Origin: Candidatus Acidiferrum sp.
GTDB taxonomy: Bacteria > Acidobacteriota > Terriglobia > Acidiferrales > UBA7541
Direction of reading: 5' to 3'
Assembly (NCBI GenBank): GCA_036522195.1
Contig: DATDGF010000089.1
Span: 13,673-77,672 of the forward strand
DNA length: 64,000 bases
The translations under genes and the position numbers were made by a program. The notes below the pieces were generated by a model that made no database searches, had not been told where the DNA came from, and saw only the letters and a program-made list of their open reading frames with translations. This document shows, one piece after another, positions 10,321-20,088 of the stretch (its first letter is position 1; the number at the start of each line of letters is the position of its first letter).

Positions 10321-10459
10321 GAATCCTCTTCGAGCGTTCCAGTCTTGGGAGTTTGCTGGGGGACCAGCGAGGGGGTCGATCTGGGCTCGATTATTTATAC
10401 ATTGTTGGTTTAACGCTGTAAAGGATATAATTTCGCAAGCACGGTCCGGAGAATTCCGA

Positions 10460-11062
10460 ATGCCACGGAAAGCGGATGCCCGCCTGGAAGGCCGTATCCT
10501 CGATGCCGCCTATCGCATCTGGAGCGAACGCGGCGAAAACGCGCTCACGATGCGCGCGGTTGCGCGCGCCGCACGCACCACCACGCCCACACTTTACGAA
10601 CGCTTCTCGCACAAGAGCGATCTTCTCGTGCTGCTGCGCCGCCGCGCGCGGCGCAATCTTTTTTCCGCCATCCGTTCTTCGCGTACGACCGTGGAAGCTT
10701 GCCGGCGCGCGCTCGATTTTTTTACCGCGCACCCCCATGATTACCGTCTCGTTTCGGAGGATTGGGCCGTCGCCCTGGCCCGTAAGGAGCTGCTGCCATC
10801 GTTTGAATTTCTCGAGCGTCGGCTTGCGGCGCAACTCGGCGGAGTCCGCCACCGGCACATGCGACTGGCTCTCGCGCTGGTTGCGCTCGTCAACGGCACC
10901 GCCACACTGTTGCACTCCTCAAATGGGCAAACAAAAATCCATCGCGAGTTCCGCAATGCATGCATTTCGGCTTGCGCGGCCCTGATCGATTTCGCGGCTC
11001 AGAAAAAGAGCCGGGCGAACGGTACCACCCCTTTCAGGGGGAAGGCACGCCATAACCGATAG
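10460..11062 (+). CDS. TetR/AcrR family transcriptional regulator
   Basis: MPRKAD..RILDAAYRIW..ALTMRAVARAARTTTPTLYERFSHKSDLL HTH. Confidence 0.88.
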   Translation: MPRKADARLEGRILDAAYRIWSERGENALTMRAVARAARTTTPTLYERFSHKSDLLVLLRRRARRNLFSAIRSSRTTVEACRRALDFFTAHPHDYRLVSEDWAVALARKELLPSFEFLERRLAAQLGGVRHRHMRLALALVALVNGTATLLHSSNGQTKIHREFRNACISACAALIDFAAQKKSRANGTTPFRGKARHNR

Positions 11063-11260
11063 GAACGGGTCTCGCCGGGGGCCCCCATTTCGTGCCAGAA
11101 TGAGGGCGACGAGCGCCCGGCCCCTGGCGCCTGCGTTACACCCGGTTCGACGAGCCAGCCCCGCCACAGACGCCTTGGTGATTTTTTGACGGTCACAGAC
11201 CGCGAGCGTGGGGTTGTCACGATTCGCGGGCGCGCATGAAACCGCAAGCAGAGGTGCACC

Positions 11261-12850
11261 ATGTCGGATGTATGGAGACAGTTCGAGGGGCAGATCGTCG
11301 ACGAGGAGTTCCCGCTGAAGCAGCTTCTGGCGGGTGATGATCACAGCGCGGTATTTCTGACGCAGCGCGGAGATTCGCAGCCGCAAAACGCGGTGATCAA
11401 GCTAGTTCCCGCGGATCCCGCGACTTCCGACCTGCAACTCTCCCGCTGGCGTCTTGCCGCACAACTTTCTCATCCCAACTTGTTGAAGATTTTTGATTTT
11501 GGACGTGGGCGGCTGGAGGACACCAATTTTCTCTACGTCGTGCTGGAGTTTGCGGAAGAAGACCTTTCGCAAATTTTGCCGCAGCGCGCACTGACGGCGG
11601 CGGAAACGCGGGACATGCTGGGGCCGGTCCTGGATGTTCTGGTTTATCTCCACGCCAAAGGCCTCGTTCACGGACATATAAAACCTTCCAACATTCAGGC
11701 TACGGCCGATCAACTGAAACTTTCGAGCGACACGCTTGCGTCGATCGCGGAGTCGCAGGCGCCGACGACGCGGCCCAGCCTGTATACCGCGCCGGAAGTC
11801 GCGGTCTCCGGACTCACGGCTGCCAGCGATGTGTGGTCGCTGGGCGTGACGCTCGTCGAAGTGCTCACGCAGCGCTTGCCGGTTTTGCCGGCGGACGCGC
11901 AATCTGATCCGGTGGCGCCGGATACGATTCCGCAGCCGTTCCTGGACATTACGCGTCACGCTCTGATGCGCGAGCCGAAGCGCCGCTGGACGATTGCTGA
12001 AATCGCTGCGCGCATGAATCCCACAGCGGTCGCGGCCGCGGCGGGGCAATCGATTTCGCCGCTGGCTGTGCCGCTTTCGTCGGTGCCTGCGGTTCCCGCA
12101 GCCAAGCTGCAAACGCCGAAGTATGATGCGCCTGCGCCGAAGGCGCACATACCGCGCGCGCCGGGAACGACTCCGACAAAGCAAACTCTTGTTCTGCCCA
12201 ACTACGCGATTCCGGTGTTCGCGGTCTTGCTGGTGCTCGTTGCAATAATCGCGCTGCCGAAAATACTGGGGCATCGCGCGGAGCCTTCGACTTCTGCAGC
12301 GAATGCAGCGGCGCAGCCCGCGTCAAAGCCAAAACCTGTGGAACAGCCAGCGCATCGCGATACCTCCTCAGCAACACAGCCGACGGCAAAAAATTCCCCT
12401 AAAGCTGCTACCGAGAAAAAATCTGCGCCGCCGGAAAAACTGGTTGCGGCCCCTGCGCAACCTGTGAATGCCGCGCCAGCGACGGCGGCTCTGCGCACTG
12501 ACACGTTCCCGTCAGCCAACGCGCCGAAATCATCGAGCGCTTCCGCGGCTCACGGTGAAGTTCTCGACCAAGTATTGCCCGAGGTTTCCGGCAAAGCGCG
12601 CGGGACGATTCAGGGCAAAGTGCGCGTCAGCGTGCACGTCCACGTGGAGCCCGCGGGAAATGTTTCGCAAGCGGAACTTGATGCACCCGGGCCGAGCAAA
12701 TATTTTGCAGACCTGGCGATCCAGGCCGCGAGGCGCTGGGAATTCACGGCACCGGAAGTGGGCGGCCACAGCGTGCCCAGCGAATGGGTCATCCGGTTCG
12801 AGTTCACGCAAGCCGACACGAAAGCGTTCCCCGCACAAAAGACTCCTTAG
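11261..12850 (+). CDS. Membrane protein: Ser/Thr kinase-like (degenerate) domain, TM, TonB C-terminal domain
   Basis: AVIK, HGHIKPSNI, YTAPE, DVWSLG; TM YAIPVFAVLLVLVAIIAL; Pro/Ala linker; IQGKVRVSVHVHV..G.V..FADLAIQAARRWEF (TonB_C). Confidence 0.85.
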   Translation: MSDVWRQFEGQIVDEEFPLKQLLAGDDHSAVFLTQRGDSQPQNAVIKLVPADPATSDLQLSRWRLAAQLSHPNLLKIFDFGRGRLEDTNFLYVVLEFAEEDLSQILPQRALTAAETRDMLGPVLDVLVYLHAKGLVHGHIKPSNIQATADQLKLSSDTLASIAESQAPTTRPSLYTAPEVAVSGLTAASDVWSLGVTLVEVLTQRLPVLPADAQSDPVAPDTIPQPFLDITRHALMREPKRRWTIAEIAARMNPTAVAAAAGQSISPLAVPLSSVPAVPAAKLQTPKYDAPAPKAHIPRAPGTTPTKQTLVLPNYAIPVFAVLLVLVAIIALPKILGHRAEPSTSAANAAAQPASKPKPVEQPAHRDTSSATQPTAKNSPKAATEKKSAPPEKLVAAPAQPVNAAPATAALRTDTFPSANAPKSSSASAAHGEVLDQVLPEVSGKARGTIQGKVRVSVHVHVEPAGNVSQAELDAPGPSKYFADLAIQAARRWEFTAPEVGGHSVPSEWVIRFEFTQADTKAFPAQKTP

Positions 12851-13224
12851 CGCAGGCGTTCGGGATCAACGGACTGATCCAGATAGATCCACAGAACACG
12901 CGAGAAAAGTGTAAGTGTCGGCGCGAGCGGCAAAAACAAAACGATCGCGCAGATGGTGACTTTGATGAGCCCCCACCGGGTGATAGCCCACAACAGTATG
13001 GCAATGAACACGATGAGGGCGACTCCCAGGACGTAGCTAATGTACATGGCGCCGAGGAAGTAGCCGGGTTCGCGCTCGAACTTGAGGTCGCAGACGGGGC
13101 AGCGCTGGTGCATCTTCGGAAAGCCGCGAAAGATGGAAGCGCGGAAGATTCCTGCCAGGCGGCAGCGCGGGCAGCGCTGTTCGAGAATGCTTCGCAGCAT
13201 GGACGGGTTTGTGGCGGTGTCCAT
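12847..13224 (-). CDS. DUF983-like zinc-ribbon membrane protein
   Basis: CPRC..CPVC..FEREPGYFLGAMYISY then two hydrophobic segments. Confidence 0.75.
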   Translation of the reverse strand: MDTATNPSMLRSILEQRCPRCRLAGIFRASIFRGFPKMHQRCPVCDLKFEREPGYFLGAMYISYVLGVALIVFIAILLWAITRWGLIKVTICAIVLFLPLAPTLTLFSRVLWIYLDQSVDPERLR

Positions 13225-13416
13225 CGGATCGGCAGCGCCTTCCACGGTACCAGAGATAAGCGAGGAGCGGCCCGCCTCACAGAAGGTGGGCCGTACAAGA
13301 GCGTGCCAAAAAAGCGAGTTCGGCTGTTTGTTCGCGATCTTGGGAGATTAGGTTCCAAGTTCATAGTCTTTAGTTCTTAGTCCGAAGCACGGAGAGGCAG
13401 GAATTCTCCGAATTCC

Positions 13417-13542
13417 ATCGGCCTCGAACGCATCTTCTGTAACTTGACTCGACTTCGCCGGCCCGCTACTAAAGATTGGGCCGATTCCTATCTCTGCGCT
13501 TTCGCTTCTGCCTCGCAACTCTCCCTCGTCACCTTCGATTGA
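13417..13542 (+). pseudogene. VapC/PIN-domain toxin C-terminal remnant
   Basis: IGLERIFCNLTRLRRPATKDWADSYLCAFASASQLSLVTFD* matches the PIN C-terminal D..L..A....L.T.D signature; no N-terminus, followed by further stops. Confidence 0.65.
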
Positions 13543-14029
13543 TCGCTCGCTTAGTCGTAAGGCTTCCAATTCTCGCCTTCTCAGCGCTAAGCCCTCGACT
13601 CCGGGTCGCCCTTATACCTCCCCTTCGGGGCATGGAGTGGGGCGACGAGTTCCAGAATGGGAATTGCCGGGTGACACCCGGCAACTTTAAGAAAGAGTGC
13701 GGATCCATTTGATTGCAAAGGAGTTGTGAAACACTCTTGCTGCAAAGAGTGAAAAGAGAGAGCGCGGAGGCGAAAACGTCGGAGCATATGAATGCGGGAG
13801 CGCCTGAGGAATGGAGCAAAGAAAGAGGTGGGAGCGGTGCGAGCCCTTCGGGGCTTAGGGCGGGCGGGGATTTGAATCGATACACGAGGGCGATTAGCAC
13901 AAAACGCATCGGAAGCACGACGACCGCGCCCCCTACGGCCGCATTGGTTGGTCCGATGCCGCCTGCTTGTCAAAAGTACCTAACAGCTCCGATTAGGGAC
14001 CAAGGCAAGCGCCGTGCGGCGCTGATTGC

Positions 14030-14854
14030 TTACTTCACGGATGGATTTGCTTTCGACGCCTCAAGCTCGGACTTCATACCCTCGATCTCTGACTGCAGGG
14101 AGTGGATCTGCTGCTGTTCGGCATCGAGCCTGGCCTTGCCCGCGGCGTCTCCGGAGTAGCTGGGGCTGGAATAAAATGCGTTTTGATCCAGAGCGAACTG
14201 GCGCTGCAGGAGTTTCAGGTCTTGCTCCGCCTGATCGAGGCTCGCCTGGACTTCCGCATCTTTAGGGGACTGGCAACGGATGAGTAAGGCTCTCTTCAGG
14301 GACGCAATCTTCTCATCGACAATGACTTCCGTCACTCGCGCAGGCGCCTGGGGCTGCGATTGCAGCAGTGCTGGTGATCCGACGTTAAACCCCGAGGAGC
14401 CGGGTTTGAAATTGGTCATATCGACATCGCCGTCGGAGATGACCTTGGGATGATAGGAAAGTTCGCGGCGAATTTGGTCCTGCTCCTCCTGGGCGGCCAG
14501 CAGGTCCGCCTTGAGTCTGTTGGCATCCTCATTATCGCATTCCGCTGGTTTTGTTGCCTCGGCAACTTTCGTGGATGCGGGCTCTGGAGATGATACTGAA
14601 GCGCTTGGCGCCGAATATTGCATGGGGAGGTCGTCGTTGGTGATGGTTTTCGGATGTTTCGTGGAATTTGGCTTTTGCTCGCGGAGGCTTCGCGCAGCCT
14701 GCGCGATCGCCCCCGCGGGAAGCGGTGGCTCTTGAGACCGAGCGGAAGGGACAAGGACCAGAAACATAATGGTTAATGAACACGCCCAAGTCACCCTAAT
14801 CGTTCGCCACCCCAAGAGTTCCAAGGACTTGCTGCGATTACGATCCATGCTCAT
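14030..14854 (-). CDS. Secreted coiled-coil hypothetical protein
   Basis: Signal peptide, AIAQAARSLREQK motif, helical Q/E/K-rich C-terminus. Confidence 0.65.
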   Translation of the reverse strand: MSMDRNRSKSLELLGWRTIRVTWACSLTIMFLVLVPSARSQEPPLPAGAIAQAARSLREQKPNSTKHPKTITNDDLPMQYSAPSASVSSPEPASTKVAEATKPAECDNEDANRLKADLLAAQEEQDQIRRELSYHPKVISDGDVDMTNFKPGSSGFNVGSPALLQSQPQAPARVTEVIVDEKIASLKRALLIRCQSPKDAEVQASLDQAEQDLKLLQRQFALDQNAFYSSPSYSGDAAGKARLDAEQQQIHSLQSEIEGMKSELEASKANPSVK

Positions 14855-15172
14855 ATCGACCTCCCCAAGCCGACATACTAACTCAGGTCATGAGGATTGG
14901 ATGATGGTCAGAGCCAGAAGGTTCCGGGTAGAAGAGTGGGCGCAGGAATGTTTTTAGCTGTGGAAGTCTACTGATTGGTTAACACGGTTACTGGACAATT
15001 CGCTTTTAGGAGCCGCGTTAGCCCACTAGCCATCGCTCCAGCCATCATCCCCGGTGCGTAAAAATCGGCGGGTTCCCGGCATCTGATCGGTAATGAGACT
15101 CATCGGGAGTTAGCGTGATCTCCTCGCGCGCCGGCCTACCCGTGAACAACGAACTGGCCAGCAGGACGCGCA

Positions 15173-16075
15173 TTAGTTGTGGCTGCTCGCGCTGACCCTC
15201 AAGAGCATGCCTGCGCCACTTGGTAGATTGAGGCTACCTTTGGCGGAAACCAGGACGATCACGCCAGTGGCGTCGGTCCTGCCAGCATGCGCAATACTAA
15301 TGTGTTCGAGGCCGTAGGTCCCGCAAGCGTCGGAGGAAAATACCCAGAGTGCCTGGGGACTGTCATTGCCGTCGATAGCGCCTCGGCACTTTGTACCTTC
15401 TTTAGCCCTAACTTGGCCCAAGACACCGCCGTTGACCTTGTTTCCCACAACTTGGTTTGCGTTTTCGCCGGTCGTGACAGGTCCGCCTTCACCGTAGACA
15501 ACGTCGCCCCCCACCTGCACTGTCGTCAACCAGCGATAGACATCGCTCTCTCCCGGACCCATCGTGGGTGTCTGAGCTTCGATTATTCGCATGAAACCAG
15601 CGATGGCTCGCAGGTTTGTGGTAATGGAGATTGTCTGGTGCGAGGAGACCAGTTTGTCAAATTGGAGGGAGATGCGTGCTGGGGCGCCGACGGTTGCCGG
15701 GGTCACTTCGACGATGTGACCTAAAATCTTACTCCCTTCCTTTATCTTCACCCCTATAGAAACGGGAATATCCTGCATAATCCTGCCCGTGACCACCTGG
15801 CCTTTTCTGCATTTCACGGACGAAAGGGTTGAGTTTAAGCGGACGGGCAGTATCGTTCCGCGTGGAATGACAGGGTTGCTCTCCGGGGGACTCTTGTCAT
15901 CGGGAGCAGTGGAGTGGACAAACGTTGGCGATTCGACAAGAGAGGGTTTAGGGCCGTCCTGCGGACTCCGTTGTTGAGAATTGGCCTGCTGCACAAAGAG
16001 TATGGAAAGCGTCGCCACGAGCAGGCATAGCGTCTGTCTAGTAAGGTGAGCGATACCTTTTCTGCTCATACTCAT
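15173..16075 (-). CDS. Secreted protein with TrbI/VirB10-like beta domain
   Basis: IPRGTILPVRLNSTLSS..GQVVTGRIMQDI..IKEGSKILGHIVEV..LNLPSGAGMLLRV; start approximate. Confidence 0.6.
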   Translation of the reverse strand: MSMSRKGIAHLTRQTLCLLVATLSILFVQQANSQQRSPQDGPKPSLVESPTFVHSTAPDDKSPPESNPVIPRGTILPVRLNSTLSSVKCRKGQVVTGRIMQDIPVSIGVKIKEGSKILGHIVEVTPATVGAPARISLQFDKLVSSHQTISITTNLRAIAGFMRIIEAQTPTMGPGESDVYRWLTTVQVGGDVVYGEGGPVTTGENANQVVGNKVNGGVLGQVRAKEGTKCRGAIDGNDSPQALWVFSSDACGTYGLEHISIAHAGRTDATGVIVLVSAKGSLNLPSGAGMLLRVSASSHN

Positions 16076-16260
16076 ATCATACTCCAACAGCGCTCTCCGC
16101 GCAGTTGAGTCGATTACAGATGAATCGCCAGAGGGGTCTCCTAGCCTTGCAAAACAACTAAAGTGCAAGGGTGGGGACCCCGATCGTCGGGGCGGATAAC
16201 GGCTGGCCCACTGCCAATGCCAGGGCCGAGAAGCAGGTTCGACCGCATGGTTCCGTGGGG

Positions 16261-16643
16261 CTAGGCAGCCGGCTTTTCTTTCTCTGCTGGTTTGGGCGCA
16301 GCCTTTGCCGGAGCCGGTTGTTGGTCCTGCTGCTCCAACGGTTGCTGTTTCGGTTCATTCGCCGGCTTTGCGGGAAGCGCTGGTGATCCTGCTCCTGTTT
16401 CGTCTGGAGTGTCTGGCGCTCCTTGACCTGTTGCACTTGAAGCTTTTGCTGCTGCTGGTATTTCTGATCCTGCTTAGCGTTGCCTGTGTTTGGTGCGGTG
16501 ACCCTTTCGGCCGGGGGCAGGTCCTTAGCGTAAACCGTGAGACTCGGGCGAGCGGTCTCGGCGGCTGGACGAGCCGTCTCTGTTACTGGACGAGGGGTCT
16601 GGGCTGCCGGACGAGCAGTTTTCTGACTGATGATCCTTTGCAT
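16261..16643 (-). pseudogene. Frameshifted C-terminal fragment resembling acidobacterial YXWGXW-repeat proteins
   Basis: VYAKDLPPAERVTAPNTGNAKQDQKYQQQQKL..KQEQDHQR, continuing in another frame as KPANEPKQQPLEQQDQQPAPAKAAPKPAEKEKPAA* (stop 16261). Family assignment from memory. Confidence 0.55.
16553..16615. repeat. 21-bp imperfect tandem repeat x3 (plus a partial unit)
   Basis: CGGTCTCGGCGGCTGGACGAG / CCGTCTCTGTTACTGGACGAG / GGGTCTGGGCTGCCGGACGAG; 7-aa TARPAAE-type repeats on the minus strand. Confidence 0.85.
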
Positions 16644-16817
16644 GCGAGAAGTCCATCAAGTCAACTAAGCTCAGTCTCTACGAACGGCATTCGGACGGGG
16701 TTGTGAGCGGCCGCAATGGGAGGACTCGACGATTCCAAAGCCGAACTCACCTTGCGACTCTTGCGTGAGTATAGGAAATTCCAGCCTTCAATGCTGTACG
16801 CTATTGCACAAGTTTTT

Positions 16818-17060
16818 CTACTTTCTGAGGGCACTTGACGGGAACGCGTTTCCAACAAACCAAGTGAGCCAGTGCCTTCCTGAGAAGGCCGGCCTCCGCG
16901 GGATGCGATACGCACCCAATGCTCGAGGCGCTCGAGGCGCAAGAGAAAGGAGGCGGGGTGCGAAGAAGATCAACACGGCGGCGACCAGCAGAAACGCGAT
17001 TTTCAAGGAGGCCAAGCTGAGGTCGATTGAGTCCAACCGCAACATGTAAATTATTGACAA
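16818..17060 (-). CDS. Possible small membrane protein
   Basis: One hydrophobic stretch (IAFLLVAAVLIFFA) followed by a basic tail; no family recognised. Confidence 0.3.
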   Translation of the reverse strand: MSIIYMLRLDSIDLSLASLKIAFLLVAAVLIFFAPRLLSLAPRAPRALGAYRIPRRPAFSGRHWLTWFVGNAFPSSALRK

Positions 17061-17180
17061 CTGCCGGGATGCAACGTACTGTTGCGCCAGTTAGTTTGCC
17101 CGGCCCGCAATACATACAGGTCACAACGAACAAAAAAGTAACTACCCGAAGCTTGTTAAATCGGAACTGAGGAGAGAACT

Positions 17181-17660
17181 ATGAAACGTCTGTTGGGGTT
17201 TGCAGCTGTTGTTGTGTTAATTGCTGTAGCTGCCGCGACGGTGGCGGCGCAAAGCAATCCGCTGGTGGGGACGTGGAAGCTGAACGTGGCGAAGTCAAAT
17301 TTCAGTCCGGGGCCGGGCCCGAAGAGCCTGACGCGGACGGTGGTCGCGGACGGCGATGGAGTGAAATATACGTTCGAAGGAACGGCCGCGGACGGAACTG
17401 CTCTGGCGTATAGCTTTTCCGTCCAATTTGACGGCAAGGACAACCCGGTGACGGGTGCGATGCCGGGCGGAGTGGATGCTATCTCGGCCAAGCGCACCAA
17501 TGCCAGCACCTATGAAGCGACAACGAAAAAAGGCGGCAAAGTGATTGGCTCGTCCAAAGTCACAGTTTCCGCGGACGGAAAAACCACAACGGTTGACGCG
17601 AAGGGCACGAATGCAAAAGGTGAGGCCACGCATGACGTGTCTGTCTATGACAAGCAATAA
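17181..17660 (+). CDS. Secreted lipocalin-like beta-barrel protein
   Basis: GAGGAG RBS, signal peptide, NPLVGTWKLNVAKS motif. Confidence 0.8.
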   Translation: MKRLLGFAAVVVLIAVAAATVAAQSNPLVGTWKLNVAKSNFSPGPGPKSLTRTVVADGDGVKYTFEGTAADGTALAYSFSVQFDGKDNPVTGAMPGGVDAISAKRTNASTYEATTKKGGKVIGSSKVTVSADGKTTTVDAKGTNAKGEATHDVSVYDKQ

Positions 17661-17697
17661 AAAGGTTCGTTAAGAAAACGCAGAAAAGTACGGATTG

Positions 17698-17729
17698 AGG
17701 GCGGCTCTTCATTGGGCCGCCTTTTTTTT
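17698..17729 (+). terminator. Rho-independent terminator
   Basis: AGGGCGGCTC-TTCATT-GGGCCGCC followed by a T-run; between convergent genes. Confidence 0.75.
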
Positions 17730-17848
17730 GTTTCGGGGGCAACTCCATCGCTGCGCGACGCAGGTGACAGACAGGTGCCAGAAATGGAGGAGAGCGCAGC
17801 AATGCTGCGCCCCTACAAGGAGAAGAACGATGCGTGCTGGGTGAAAGA

Positions 17849-19174
17849 TCAGATGCGGCGAACGAGGCCCCGATCGGTGGCGCGAGTGTTGCGGACGAGG
17901 AGGAGGACGAGAATCATGCCGATGAAAGGGATGAGGCCGGCGGCGATGACGATGGGATCGAAGGAATGGGTGGCGGCGGACTGGCGGGCGTCGGAATAGT
18001 GGCCGATCAGGAGGAAAGCGAGGATGGTGCCGATGCCGGCGCCGGTGCCGCTCATGCCGCTGACGGAAGCGACGGCTTCGCTGGCGAAGAGGTCGGTGGG
18101 GAGGACGTTGGCGATGGTGGAAAAGGAGGCGTAGGAAAAAGTGGCGAGGGCGAAAAGCAGGGTGATGAGGTAGAGATTCACGGTGAAGATGGTGGGGATG
18201 AGCAGCATAACGCCGAAGCCGCCGAAGACGACCAGCGCTTTGCGAGCGGCGCCGAGCGACCAGCCGCGGCGGATCAGATAGCCGGAAACGCCGCCGCCGA
18301 AAAAATTCCCGAGGTCGGCGGCGAGAAACGGAATCCAGACGGCGATGAGGCCGCTCTTGAGGGAAATGCCTTTGGCAATGAGGTAGATGGGAAACCAGTC
18401 GGTGACGAAGAACCAGACGGGATCGGTGAACGCTTTCGAAATGATGGTGCCCCAGGTTTGAGGGAGCCTGAGGAGATCCCGCCAGCGCGGGAGCGGTTTG
18501 GCGACAGAGGATTCGGTGGGCGGCTTGTCGTCGAGGAGCATCTGGAGTTCGGCGGGGCTGATGCGCGGGTGATCCTGCGGCAAGTGATAGAGGCGGCGCC
18601 AGGCGATGAGCCAGAAAAAGCCGAGCACTCCGGGGATGACGAAGGCGACGCGCCACCCCCAGCGGAGATACACGGGCAAGATGAGAAAAGGCGCGATGGC
18701 GCCGCCGACGGAAGAGCCGCTGTCATAGAGGGCGGCGGCAAGACCGCGTTCCCGCTTGGGGAACCATTCGGAGACGGCTTTGCTGGCGCCAGGCCAGTTG
18801 GCGGATTCGCCGGCACCGAGAAGGAAACGGAAAGCGGCGAAGCTGAGGATGCCATTTGCGAGGGAGGTCAGGAGCGAGACGATGGAGTACCACGTAACGC
18901 TGATAGAGAGGCCGAGGCGGGTGCCGACGCGATCGATCTGGCGGCCGCAAACGGTTTGTCCGATGGAATAGGCGATGCGGAAGGCGATAGCGATGGCGGC
19001 GTAGTCGGAGTTGGTCCAGCGGTATTGCTGTTTGAGGAAGGGCGCGAGGATGGAAAGAGTTTGGCGGTCGATGTAGTTGATGACCGTGGAGGCGAAGAGG
19101 AGTACACCGATCCACCAGCGTAATGAGGGGATGGGGCGTGGGTGGGGTGAAGGTGTTTGCGCGGTTAGCGGCAT
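17849..19174 (-). CDS. MFS transporter, ExuT/hexuronate-like
   Basis: INYIDRQTLS, GAGESANWPG, EWFPKRERGLA, FTDPVWFF motifs. Confidence 0.9.
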   Translation of the reverse strand: MPLTAQTPSPHPRPIPSLRWWIGVLLFASTVINYIDRQTLSILAPFLKQQYRWTNSDYAAIAIAFRIAYSIGQTVCGRQIDRVGTRLGLSISVTWYSIVSLLTSLANGILSFAAFRFLLGAGESANWPGASKAVSEWFPKRERGLAAALYDSGSSVGGAIAPFLILPVYLRWGWRVAFVIPGVLGFFWLIAWRRLYHLPQDHPRISPAELQMLLDDKPPTESSVAKPLPRWRDLLRLPQTWGTIISKAFTDPVWFFVTDWFPIYLIAKGISLKSGLIAVWIPFLAADLGNFFGGGVSGYLIRRGWSLGAARKALVVFGGFGVMLLIPTIFTVNLYLITLLFALATFSYASFSTIANVLPTDLFASEAVASVSGMSGTGAGIGTILAFLLIGHYSDARQSAATHSFDPIVIAAGLIPFIGMILVLLLVRNTRATDRGLVRRI

Positions 19175-19180
19175 GAAGTT

Positions 19181-19951
19181 TTAGGTCGCGGCATGCATGG
19201 CAAGCGTTGACTGGCTGAGGAGGCTGGCGGATTGTTTGTCGAGATAGAGCGTGGTGGCGGGATGGGTACGCAAGATGGAAGCGGGGACCAGGGGACTGAT
19301 TTCACCTTCGAGGCAGAGCTTGACGGCGAGGGCTTTGCGCGCATCGGGAACGACGGCGATGATTTCTTTGGCTTTCAGGATTTGACGGATGGACATGGAG
19401 ATGGCCTGGCGGGGGACTTCGGAAATGTCTGAGAACCAGGCTTCGCCGACTTGTTGACGGCGGCAAGCTTCGTCGAGGTTGACGATGAGATACGGAGCTT
19501 CGGTTTGGAAATCGGCGGGCGGATCGTTGAACGCGAGATGGGCGTTTTCGCCGATGCCGGCGAAGGCGATGTCTACCGGCGCGGAGGAGAGGAGCTGGCC
19601 GACGTGGAGCGCAGCTTCGTGCGGGGCGGCGTTGGCATCGAGCAGATGGTAATGCCGCATGCTGGTTTTATGAATCAAGCGATCGAGAAGGTATTTGCGA
19701 AAACTGGCGGGGTGGGTGATAGGCAGGCCGACGTACTCGTCGAGATGAAAGAGCTCGACTTTTTGCCAGTCGAGTTTCTCCGCAGCAACGAGAGCGTCGA
19801 GAAAATCCAGCTGGGAAGTTCCGGTTGCAACGACGATGCGCGCGCGGCCGCGATCGAGGATGGCGTGGTGGATGGCGTTCGCGGCCTGATCGGCAGCGGC
19901 GGTACTGAGAGAGCGCTTATCTTCGAACACGCGGACGATCACTTTGTTCAC
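19181..19951 (-). CDS. nagB: Glucosamine-6-phosphate deaminase family protein
   Basis: [42 protein letters not shown]; GTG start after GGAGA. Confidence 0.85.
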   Translation of the reverse strand: MNKVIVRVFEDKRSLSTAAADQAANAIHHAILDRGRARIVVATGTSQLDFLDALVAAEKLDWQKVELFHLDEYVGLPITHPASFRKYLLDRLIHKTSMRHYHLLDANAAPHEAALHVGQLLSSAPVDIAFAGIGENAHLAFNDPPADFQTEAPYLIVNLDEACRRQQVGEAWFSDISEVPRQAISMSIRQILKAKEIIAVVPDARKALAVKLCLEGEISPLVPASILRTHPATTLYLDKQSASLLSQSTLAMHAAT

Positions 19952-20088
19952 TCTCCAGCTGCAGCTGCGTGCGTGACGAGGAGTAACTTTAGTGGGGGCG
20001 GGTTGCGGAGTCAATTCGCGGGGACGGCGTTGGCTTGCAAAGGCGGGCGGCAGGCTCTAGGCTACTGCGCTGAGGAATTAGAGGATCG

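Noticed and set aside
13540-13542. TGA in the PIN remnant as a second Sec codon
   Set aside because: It is not at a Cys position, there is no SECIS, and more stops follow within five codons.
16536-16615. Repeats as a CRISPR array (also 34028-34147)
   Set aside because: Contiguous codon-multiple units with no spacers and no cas genes.
17834-19123. Long antisense ORFs (also 4254-5459, 22237-23877, 59423-60424, 62636-63607)
   Set aside because: GC-rich shadows of well-supported genes on the opposite strand; no recognisable motifs.
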